Source of the DNA: Candidatus Anstonellales archaeon
Lineage (GTDB): Archaea > Micrarchaeota > Micrarchaeia > Anstonellales > CG1-02-47-40
Assembly: GCA_038869735.1 (NCBI GenBank)
Contig: JAWCQO010000005.1
Span: 7,538-71,537 of the forward strand
DNA: 64,000 nt
Direction: 5' to 3'
Part shown: positions 8,098 to 16,685 of the stretch, piece by piece
How the letters are laid out: every line of letters begins with the position of its first letter
Numbering within the stretch: the stretch's first letter is position 1
Notes under the pieces: model-generated
Databases searched by the model: none
Seen by the model: the letters and a program-made list of their open reading frames with translations, nothing else
What the model was told of the DNA's origin: nothing
Translations under genes and position numbers: made by a program

Positions 8098-9624
8098 TTA
8101 CAGGGTTACTCTTCCTTCTTTTATGTTTCGGATTATGGTGCTGTAGACTTCTCCAACTTTTATGCGCTCCTGCTTACCATCGTTTCTGTAACGTATAGTC
8201 ACTGTATCGTCTTTGAGAGTGTCATAATCTATTGTAAGACAATAGGGGATGCCTATCTCATCTGCTCGAGCATATCTACGTCCTATTGAACCGCTCTCAG
8301 TATATATAACGTCCAATCCTTCTGCTCTTAAATTTCCAAGAAGGTCAAGTGCTTTCTCACTAAGGCCGTCTCTCCTCATAAGCGGATAAACTGCGCATGA
8401 GTAAGGAGCAATGACTGGGGGAAAATCAAACCACGCCCAATCTTTTTTGTTTCCTTTTTCTCTGAAGGTGTGTTCGAGTATGCACCAGAATAATCTGTCA
8501 AGCCCCATTGAAGGTTCAACTACATGTGGGATTATCTTCCGTTCGTTTTCCTTTCCTTCTTTTGCTTCGTTTGGATTGTTGTGGTTTACATAAACGCGAA
8601 GATCAACTCCGCTTTTTGAAGAATGAGACGATAGGTCGAAGTCGGTCCGATAGGCATTGCCAATAGTTTCTATGACTCCAAAAGAGGTTTCGATTTCCAG
8701 ATCAAAATTCCCGGCTGAATAATGGGGTGTGTCCTTTTTTCCCATTTTCTTAAAATAAAATTTCTCGTACGGAATGCCAAGAGATGTATAAAATTGCGTT
8801 TGCCTGACCATAAAATATGCCATTATCTCGTTCGGGATTATTCCTTTTCTTACAGCTTCGGCTGCCGACATCTTTTGGATTCTGTCGCTTCCGGCAACCA
8901 TTATTCTTATCTGTTCAGTCTCGACTTGAGAAAATTTCTCTATTGTTGGGCTTCGCGGGTCAAAAAAGTACTCAAGTTCCATCTGTGTAAATTCCCTGAG
9001 GCGCAAGATACCCTTGCGGGGAGAGATTTCGTTTCTGAAACTTTTTCCTATCTGACCGACACAGATTGGAAGCTTTGTTCCATGGTTCCTGAAAATTCTT
9101 GAGAAGTCCAGGAATATTCCCTGGGCGGTTTCTGGTCTGAAGTATCCTGTATTTCCTTCCACTGGACCTATGTTCGTCTTGAACATCAAGTTAAACCAAC
9201 CCTTGCTTTCAAACTCCCCTCCGCAGGCTGGACAGGCGATTCCTTCCTTCTTTAGCAGAGGTAATAGCTCTTCGGGTGAATTCCAGCCTGACGCTTCGAG
9301 CTTCTTTTGATCGAGGAACTCGTCGGCTTTGAATTCGGATGAACAGGCCTTGCATCTGATTAGAGGATCAACAAAATTCTTTGCGTGCCCTGAGGCTTCA
9401 AGCACAACTGAAGGCAATACTGTAGAAGTTTCTATCTCAAAAAAACCCTCGCTTTTTATGAAAAATTTTCTGAAATAGTCCTCTATCTTCTTTTTCATCA
9501 GGCAACCTACAGGTCCGTAGTCATAAAAACCACTGATTGATCCGTAGATTTCGAATGAGGGAATCAAAAAAGAACGTTGGAGCGCTATTTCCATTAGCCG
9601 TTCATACAATTTCTGGTGCTTCAT
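8098..9624 (-). CDS. glyS: Glycyl-tRNA synthetase (archaeal/eukaryotic type)
   Basis: N-terminal FEIYGSISGFYDYGPVGCLMKKKIEDYF; class II motifs; C-terminal anticodon-binding domain. Confidence 0.9.
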   Translation of the reverse strand: MKHQKLYERLMEIALQRSFLIPSFEIYGSISGFYDYGPVGCLMKKKIEDYFRKFFIKSEGFFEIETSTVLPSVVLEASGHAKNFVDPLIRCKACSSEFKADEFLDQKKLEASGWNSPEELLPLLKKEGIACPACGGEFESKGWFNLMFKTNIGPVEGNTGYFRPETAQGIFLDFSRIFRNHGTKLPICVGQIGKSFRNEISPRKGILRLREFTQMELEYFFDPRSPTIEKFSQVETEQIRIMVAGSDRIQKMSAAEAVRKGIIPNEIMAYFMVRQTQFYTSLGIPYEKFYFKKMGKKDTPHYSAGNFDLEIETSFGVIETIGNAYRTDFDLSSHSSKSGVDLRVYVNHNNPNEAKEGKENERKIIPHVVEPSMGLDRLFWCILEHTFREKGNKKDWAWFDFPPVIAPYSCAVYPLMRRDGLSEKALDLLGNLRAEGLDVIYTESGSIGRRYARADEIGIPYCLTIDYDTLKDDTVTIRYRNDGKQERIKVGEVYSTIIRNIKEGRVTL

Positions 9625-9686
9625 CGCAAATTATTAATTGTGTATATATTTTATATCTTGCCTTGCATTAACTTATAGGGCAAATT

Positions 9687-10478
9687 ATGATTGAAAGAGA
9701 GAAATACCTAGAAATGGCACGCATGTCTATGAAGGAGAAGATTTCTTCCCCTGATCTCCTTATTTCCCAAACCGTTGCAACTATAAGCGAACTTGACAGA
9801 TGCATAAATGTTTTGTATGAGAAATTGGCTGAATGGTACGGACTGTATTTTCCAGAGTTAAAGCTGTCAGATATGCGCACATACTGCCAGGTAGTCATTA
9901 AGTTTGACAGAAAAAAGCAAAACGTCGCTTCTATTCTATCTGTTGTTGGTGAGAAGAACGCAGAAGTAGTAGTCTCTAAAGCCAAGACCTCTGCCGGTGC
10001 AGATTTCTCTGATGATGATTTGGAAGAAGTGCGCAAGCTTGCAAGGCACGTTCTTGAGCTTTATGAGTTGCGTGATGAGATTGAAAAGTATCAGGCTTCT
10101 CTTGCAAGGAAATTCTATCCAAACTTATCTTACTTGCTTGAGCCGGCTCTTGCCGCGAAGATGGTATCTCTTGCAGGCTCACTTAGGAAGCTTGCTCTTC
10201 TTCCTGCAAGTACGATTCAGGTTATGGGTGCAACAAAAGCTTTATTTAAGCATCTAAAAACTGGTTCAAAACCACCAAAGCACGGGGTCATCTTTCAGCA
10301 TCCTTCAATATCAGGAGCGCCAAGAAAGCTTCGCGGAAAAATCGCGCGCGCCCTTGCATCAAAGATAGCCATAGCCGCAAGGGCGGATGCATTCACTGGA
10401 GCGCAAATAGGGAAAAAATTAAAGGAGGAGTTTGAAAGGCGAGTTGGTGAGATAAGAGGAGGGAGCAGACGAGAATGA
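9687..10478 (+). CDS. nop5: Nop5 (Nop56/58-like) box C/D snoRNP protein, short form with coiled-coil and Nop domain
   Basis: LAEWYGLYFPEL and the Nop domain MGATKALFKHL..PKHGVIFQHPSI..APRKLRGKIARALASKIAIAARADAF. Confidence 0.75.
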   Translation: MIEREKYLEMARMSMKEKISSPDLLISQTVATISELDRCINVLYEKLAEWYGLYFPELKLSDMRTYCQVVIKFDRKKQNVASILSVVGEKNAEVVVSKAKTSAGADFSDDDLEEVRKLARHVLELYELRDEIEKYQASLARKFYPNLSYLLEPALAAKMVSLAGSLRKLALLPASTIQVMGATKALFKHLKTGSKPPKHGVIFQHPSISGAPRKLRGKIARALASKIAIAARADAFTGAQIGKKLKEEFERRVGEIRGGSRRE

Positions 10479-10702
10479 AATTCCTTGCACTTTCTGATCT
10501 TCATGCAAGCGAAGAGGCGCTTGATCGCCTTGGTGAGATAAGAGGAGGGAGCAGACGAGAATGAAATTCCTTGCACTTTCTGATCTTCATGCAAGCGAAG
10601 AGGCGCTTGATCGCCTTGGTGAGATAAGAGGAGGGAGCAGACGAGAATGAAATTCCTTGCACTTTCTGATCTTCATGCAAGCGAAGAGGCGCTTGATCGC
10701 CT
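10446..10702 (+). repeat. Perfect tandem triplication of an 86-bp unit spanning the nop5 stop and the downstream gene start
   Basis: The unit ggtgagataagaggagggagcagacgagaatgaaattccttgcactttctgatcttcatgcaagcgaagaggcgcttgatcgcctt recurs at 10446, 10532 and 10618. The third copy diverges after nt 85. Confidence 0.9.
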
Positions 10703-11285
10703 CCGCGTAATAATGATGAGAGAAAACGACTATGACTGGATATTCATAGTTGGCGATATTACCACTAATGGCCCTGTTAGCTACGCCGAAGACCTTCTTG
10801 ATATACTGCGAGAAAAAGGGCTTTTTGTACATGGAAATATGGATCCGTTTCCTGTTCAAAAGTTGATCGAGCAGAAAGGTGCATCAGTTCATGGAAAAAA
10901 AATAAATATCGGCGAATGGAACGTTGTTGGGTTGGGCGGCTCGAATCCTACTCCCTTTGGGACTCCTTGTGAATATTCTGAGGAGGCAATAGAAAAGTGT
11001 ATATCTGATTCTAATATGGATGAATATTCTATATTTCTATCTCATCCGCCTCCATTTGGGCTCTTTGACACTGTTGGTGTCGGAGTTCATGTGGGAAGCG
11101 TATCTGTTCGCAAAGCCATAGAAGACAAGAAGCCTATTCTCTGCATATGTGGGCATATACACGAGCATCAGGGAAAAGTTCTTCACAAGGAAACGACGGT
11201 AGTAAAGCTTGGAAGCGGAGAGAAACTAAATGCGGCTGAGATAACAATCAAAGATGAAATTAAAGTCAGTTTTATAAAGATTTAA
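10647..11285 (+). CDS. Calcineurin-like metallophosphoesterase
   Basis: LALSDLH, IFIVGDITTNG, VHGNMD, GHIHE motif set. Confidence 0.75.
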   Translation: MKFLALSDLHASEEALDRLRVIMMRENDYDWIFIVGDITTNGPVSYAEDLLDILREKGLFVHGNMDPFPVQKLIEQKGASVHGKKINIGEWNVVGLGGSNPTPFGTPCEYSEEAIEKCISDSNMDEYSIFLSHPPPFGLFDTVGVGVHVGSVSVRKAIEDKKPILCICGHIHEHQGKVLHKETTVVKLGSGEKLNAAEITIKDEIKVSFIKI

Positions 11286-11693
11286 ATGGGGAGAATACGG
11301 ATTTTTCGGGTTTTGGATGAAGAAGACTTCTGCGATATCTATCCAGTTGTTAAGGCTATTTTTCCTAGCAGCCAAATACGGTTTTCAGACAAGGACGTCT
11401 ATTTCTATGCAAGAGTTAAAAAAGAGGTTGTCGGGTTTTCGCATGTCTTTGATAAGGGCGGTGGCACTTATGTGCTACAGGGGATAGGGGTTCTTCCAAA
11501 ATTCCGCAACAGAGGGATAGGAGGCAAGTTGGCAGATAAAGCCATAAAATTTTGTGAACAGAAAGGAGCACTGCGTATATTGCTAAGAGTAAGATGCACA
11601 AACCCTGCTGTGCTACTCTATTTAAAAAAAGGTTTTTATCTAAAAAAAGAGTCATTCGGTTCATATACGCTTGAAAGACGAAAACCCTCATAA
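11286..11693 (+). CDS. GNAT family N-acetyltransferase
   Basis: Acetyl-CoA motif A: GIGVLPKFRNRGIGGKLADKAI. Confidence 0.7.
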   Translation: MGRIRIFRVLDEEDFCDIYPVVKAIFPSSQIRFSDKDVYFYARVKKEVVGFSHVFDKGGGTYVLQGIGVLPKFRNRGIGGKLADKAIKFCEQKGALRILLRVRCTNPAVLLYLKKGFYLKKESFGSYTLERRKPS

Positions 11694-11736
11694 ACCGATG
11701 CTTGCGAGGGAATAGTGGATTTAAGAAACTTTGAAA

Positions 11737-11809
11737 GGGGCTGTGTGCTAACTTGGTATGCTTCCAGGTTTGGGACCTGGCGGTCTGAGTTCAAATCTCA
11801 GCAGCCCCA
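11737..11809 (+). tRNA. tRNA-Pro (anticodon UGG), intronless. The D-stem is irregular.
   Basis: Acceptor GGGGCUG/CAGCCCC, anticodon arm CCAGG-UUUGGGA-CCUGG, T-arm CUGAG-UUCAAAU-CUCAG. No CCA is encoded. Confidence 0.55.
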
Positions 11810-12114
11810 TTCTAAGAACACCCTTTAGAAGTACTCTTTGCTTTCTTTCTTGTGGTATCTAAGACGAGAAAAGTATTTCGCTTCTTAGTTTGCGCGAATT
11901 TTAGCTGTTGTTTTTTCTTTGTGACGGCTTGGCTTTCGAGTATTAATCGAGTTTAGTCTCATTTGCTTTATAATATTGGGGGTAGTCTTCGTGGCATGTT
12001 GGTTTTTTAAGTTATTTAGCTACTTTTTATTTTAGCCGATTTTTATAAACTCTCCTATATTATAAATATAAAATAGTAGCACTGTGGATGAGGGATAAAT
12101 AGAAACTTTGCGAT

Positions 12115-12256
12115 GGGCTCGTGGCGCAGTGGTAGCGCGCGTGCTTTGCATTTCTGAAAGAGAAATTGATGAGGAACAAAAAAGCACGAGGCCGTGGGTT
12201 CAAAAATGGAAGGGAAAGAGCTTGCTTTCTTCCTTTTGAAATTCCCACCGAGTCCA
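12115..12256 (+). tRNA. tRNA-Ala (UGC) with two introns: canonical 37/38 (about 12151-12182) and T-loop 59/60 (about 12205-12242)
   Basis: Acceptor GGGCUCG/CGAGUCC with a G3:U70 pair, D-arm GCGC-AGUGGUA-GCGC, anticodon stem CGUGC/GCACG with loop UUUGCA[intron]A, T-stem GUGGG/CCCAC interrupted after UUCAAA. Confidence 0.8.
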
Positions 12257-12489
12257 TCTTTAAGCACAACAGCGTGCCCATGTTTGCTCCTGCTCTGCCA
12301 CACAGCTTGATCTTCTTGCGAACTTGCTTTTGCATTACAACTTATTAATCAGAGTCGACTTATGGGCTTTCGTCTGCATTACAACTTATTAATTAGCATT
12401 GACTTATTAGTTAGTCTTGAAGAACTGGTTTTTAGTTTCTCTCAGTTTCTCGCAAAATAGAAAGGGGGACTGCCTGTTTTTTATTTTGA

Positions 12490-13143
12490 TTATCTTGAAT
12501 CTAATTCTTCTTCCATATGGGGTGGCGAGGCAAACTCTACGTGGAGAGGTATTTTTAGTATCTTGGTTGCGATTAGTTTGAGAACTTCAGCTGCAACTAA
12601 TGCGTGCTTGTCCGTACTGGAATTTGTTGATATGACTAAATAGCCGTTGCTTTTCTCCGAGTTTAGATATTTGCCAACGGAGCTATCGTAGAGCACATAT
12701 TGCAGAACATAGAACTTCTTGTTTGGTTTTGAAGTGTAGGCAGAGCTTCCATAAAATGAGAATGCAGGAGCGCCTGGGAGATTTCCTGTTTTTTTCGTGT
12801 GGTCTTGGCTTGCTGAGGAAAGGAAATTTTTTAGGTACTCAATCAGCCACAGCCGGTGGGCTTTGTTATTAAATAAAGTGGTTGAGAGGTCAAAATAGTT
12901 ATATCTGTGAAGGAGAATTGGTGGGGTTTGGATTGTCTGGCGGACAAAGCCGTTATTTTTAAAGTAAGGGAGTGTGTCCAATCTTGTGTAATTTGGACTT
13001 CCCCTATTTTTGATATAAGACAGTGTTTCGTTCTCTATGAGACATTTTGAATTCTGTATATACTTCGTCAAAGGCTTTTTATGTAACGGTTCCTGCTGGT
13101 TTGGAATCTTATCTTGTGTTTTGTTTATATATGCTTTATTCAT
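12490..13143 (-). CDS. Hypothetical protein (217 aa)
   Basis: ORF only, Asn/Lys/Tyr-rich; no family call. Confidence 0.3.
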   Translation of the reverse strand: MNKAYINKTQDKIPNQQEPLHKKPLTKYIQNSKCLIENETLSYIKNRGSPNYTRLDTLPYFKNNGFVRQTIQTPPILLHRYNYFDLSTTLFNNKAHRLWLIEYLKNFLSSASQDHTKKTGNLPGAPAFSFYGSSAYTSKPNKKFYVLQYVLYDSSVGKYLNSEKSNGYLVISTNSSTDKHALVAAEVLKLIATKILKIPLHVEFASPPHMEEELDSR

Positions 13144-13311
13144 ACTTACATCACCTCTGTTACTTTTGTAGAGTTATAGCGGGCTCCTCCTTCTATCCTC
13201 TTCATCAACCGCGACGAAAGTTAGCTTGAAGGGTCGAATTATAGATAAGAGCGTAAATTTGTCTTGCTCTCTGTGTGCCGATTCTCTGAGAATGTGGAAG
13301 ATTTGGAGGAA

Positions 13312-13325
13312 CATTTATAAATAAC
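13312..13325 (+). promoter_or_regulatory. Putative archaeal TATA box (TTTATAAATA) with a purine-rich BRE-like upstream segment, positioned to be the 23S rRNA promoter
   Basis: ggaggaacaTTTATAAATAacttt lies about 100 nt upstream of the first 23S-conserved sequence. Confidence 0.4.
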
Positions 13326-13424
13326 TTTGTATTCAAATATGGCTTACCGATTTTCAGGCTGGCACCTGGCCTGAAACATTAGCATCCCAGACAAGGGATT
13401 GCGATGGAATTATTACTTGCCTTA

Positions 13425-16400
13425 GGGTAAGCAATCGCATTTTTGACGCTAAGGGCGGCGGATGAAGAATGCGAGCGCGTCGTGCGGTTGCGCGAGCGCT
13501 TTATGAGGATGAAGGGAAAACCGTAAGATTCACAAGAGAGTATGGATATGATATGCTGCTTTAGGCTTGGCAGGGGATAGCTTGGCTTGGGCAATATATC
13601 CGCCGTGGCAAGCAGCGAAATGCCCGTGGTAGGCGCAGGCTGCCTGTAATCACGGGGTTGCGGATTTACGCGGGGAATTAAAACATTCTAGTACCCGCAG
13701 GAAAAGAAAAAAATTTGATTTGGCTAGTAAGGGCGACTGAACGCCAAACAGGGCGACCCGAATAGTCCGTCGCGAGGCGGAAAAGATGTGGGACCGCAAA
13801 ATCTCTCTCTGTGGAGAAGAAACCTCTGGAAAGTGGTGCCATAGAGGGTGAAAGCCCCGTATTCGAACCGGAGAGAGACGAGGTAAAAAGAGTAGTGTCC
13901 ATTGGTGATTGGGCACAAATATGGCAGAATCAACTGCCAACCCTAAATATACCCCAAGACCGATAGCGTACAAGTAGCGCGAGCGAAAGCTGAAAAGGAC
14001 CCCGGGAGGGGTGTGAAAAGAGCTTGAAACTGTCAAGCCACAGTTTGATGCGGCCAAAAAGCGGTTTATGTCCTTCAAAGCAACTGCTGGAGACGGCAGA
14101 AGCGAGAAGGAAGTAGCATGGTTGCATCGTCCTTCTATAAGCAAGGGCCAGGGAGTTTTCCTCAACGGCGAGGCGAAAGCCGGAGCGAAAGCGAGTACTA
14201 ACGTGCGACAAGTCGTTGGGGAAAGACCCGAAGCCGATGTGAGCTATACGTGGGCAGGGCGAAGCCGGCCTGACGGCTGGTGAAGGCCCGCAACCAGTAC
14301 TAGTATATTCTGTTTGGGTGACCTGCGTATAGGGGTGATAGTCCAGTCGAACTCGGCAATAGCGGGCTCCTCCTGAAGTATATCTCAGTATAGCGGCGCC
14401 GGAGCATGTCATACAGGGTAGAGCACTGATTAGGAGGAATGGGCCCGAGAGGGCTCGCCTTCTTGTCAAACTCCGAATCTGTATGAAGCGTAGATGGTGC
14501 TAGTAGGCTTCTCTCGGGTAAGCCGAGAGGACTGTACGGGAACAACCGTTACCGCGGTTAAGGCCCCCAAATCTTGGCTAAGTGCAACTTAAAAGAGTCT
14601 CTGCTCAAAAACAGCTGGGAGGTAGGCTTAGAAGCAGCCATCCTTCAAACAACGCGTAATAGCGGACCAGCCGAGAGCGCAGATTCTGAAAATGCTCGGG
14701 GCTATAAGCCAAGTGCCGATACCGCGGAGTGGCGCATTATGTAGATGCGCGCAATCTGGTAAGGAGGCGAACCGGTTGGGCAGAAGCGCGGGCGTAAGCT
14801 CGCGTGGACCGGCTGGTTATGATAATCCTGGTATTAGTAGCAGCATATCCAGGTGAGAATCCTGGACGCCGGAAGCACGCGGGTTCCTTGGCGATGCTCG
14901 TCAGCCAAGGGTAAGGCGATCCTAAGCGTCGCGCTAATCGCAAAGACGCGAAAGGGAAACCGGTTAAGATTCCGGTTCCAGACGGATAGGTGCGGTAACG
15001 CGAGGGTGTCTTTCTGACGCTTTGGGGTAGGCTCAGTGGAGGAGACTCCATTTAAGCAGGATAGTTCTCTGGAGTCTAGTTGTTAGGAGAAGGAGAACAA
15101 ACTGCGAAGGCCACACGGTTGAGCTGACCCCTGGAGCCCGTGAAAAGGAAAGACACAGCGATTCCGTCTGCTCGTACCTAGAACCAGTACAGGTGGTGCT
15201 GGCAGAAAAAGCCAAGGCGTGGCAGGAGAACTCTCGTAAGGGAACTTGGCAAATTAGTGGCGTAACTTCGGGATAAGCCATGCCTGCGGTTCTCTAAAAA
15301 GGAACTGCAGGTCTCAGTGACAAGGGGAGACCGACTGTTTACCAAAAACACAGGTCATCGCTGAGCCGAAAGGCTGAGTACAATGGCCGATGCCTGCTCA
15401 CTACTGGTACGTCAAACTCCGGTCCAACGGAGCGAAGCGCCAGCAAAGAGCGGGGGTAACTCTGACCCTCTTAAGGTAGCGTAATACCTCGCCGCTTAAT
15501 TGGTGGCTTGCATGAAGGGCATAACGAGTCTCCCACTGTCCCTACGAGGGACCTGGTGAACTTACTACTCTGTGAATATGCAGAGGACTTCCAGGGGGAA
15601 ACGAAGACCCCGTGGAGCTTTACTATAGCCTGTTGTTGGAATGCGGTGATGGTCGCGGAGCGTAAATGGGAGCCGTTAAGCCGTACCTTTTGGGGTGCGG
15701 ATAGGCGCCGTTGTAACACCATTCGGCTGTTATTGCATTTCTTACCGGAAGGGACAGCGACAGGTGGATAGTTTGGCTGGGGCGGTACATCCTCGATAAG
15801 GAAACAAGGATGCCCAATGTTCGGCTTAGGTGCGTCAGAAATGCACCGTTAAGGGACAAGGACAAATGCCGGACTGACTGTATCCCTAAAAGCATCGGAT
15901 GCAGAGGCGAAAGCCGGGCCTAACGAACCTTGGTATCCCTTTTGATGAGGGTCCAAGCTGTCAGACAAGCTACCCCGGGGGTAACAGGCTCGTCGCGGGC
16001 GAGAGACGCCTATCTTTAAGTTTTTAAAAAAGAAGGTAGGTGCTCAAATACCCATCGACCCCGCGGTTTGGTACATCGCTGTCGGCCTAGGTCATCCTGG
16101 CGGTGCAGGAGCCGCCAATGGTTGGGTTGTTCATCCATTAAAGACCTACACGAGCTGGGTTCAGAACGTCGCGAGACAGTTCGGTAGTATCTCCTGGGAG
16201 TGCAAATCCGCCTGAGAGGAAGAACCCTTAAGTACGAGAGGAACTTGGGTTCGAAGCCTCTGGTGTACCGGTTGTGAAAAGCAGATGCCGGGCAGCTACG
16301 CTTTATGGGATAAGACCTGAAAGCATCTAAGGTCGAAGCTCATCTCAAAACGAGGCGGTTTGGCGGTCGTAGCAGACGACTTTGATAGGAGGGAGGTGTA

Positions 16401-16460
16401 AGAGCCAAGCGCAAGCGAGGCTTTCAGCCTGCCCCTTACTAAAAGCCAGATGTATATCAT
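13425..16460 (+). rRNA. 23S: 23S (large-subunit) rRNA; ends approximate to +/-50 nt
   Basis: 5'-domain matches include ggcggatgaagaatgcgagcg, gggaattaaaacattctagtacccgcaggaaaagaaa and ctggaaagtggtgccatagagggtgaaagccccgta. The peptidyl-transferase region has ctgggttcagaacgtcgcgagacagttcggt. The sarcin-ricin loop agtacgagaggaac is at about 16223. Confidence 0.85.
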
Positions 16461-16685
16461 ATCCATTCCCTCTTCTGGAGCTTGCGGTTTTCTCAAAATC
16501 CTTAAAAACACTTTTTTCTGAAGTTCTGGTGCTTGAATGTGTTTAGACTGGCTCTTTCTTGCGCTATCTAACTTCTAATCTTTGCTTTCTATAGTTGTTG
16601 CTGCCTATAGGGTAATAATATTGCCACAATATTGAAAACGAAGGATATAGGCTTCCTTGCGCTATCTGCCTCTAATCTTTGCTAT

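Noticed and set aside
10446-10702. Possible CRISPR array
   Set aside because: The units are directly abutting 86-bp copies with no spacers, and they encompass a gene junction. This is a tandem duplication, not a repeat-spacer array. No cas genes are present in the window.
11737-11809. Possible intron or alternative identity for the tRNA at 11737
   Set aside because: The anticodon arm, T-arm and acceptor stem are contiguous and regular and give Pro(UGG). Only the D-stem pairs poorly, so the gene is kept as tRNA-Pro at reduced confidence rather than called a pseudogene.
13379-16511. ORFs on both strands within 13379-16511, for example 13650-14165, 13930-14469 and 14737-15051
   Set aside because: They lie inside the 23S rRNA gene, which is identified by multiple universally conserved LSU segments including the sarcin-ricin loop. 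They are spurious translations of structural RNA.
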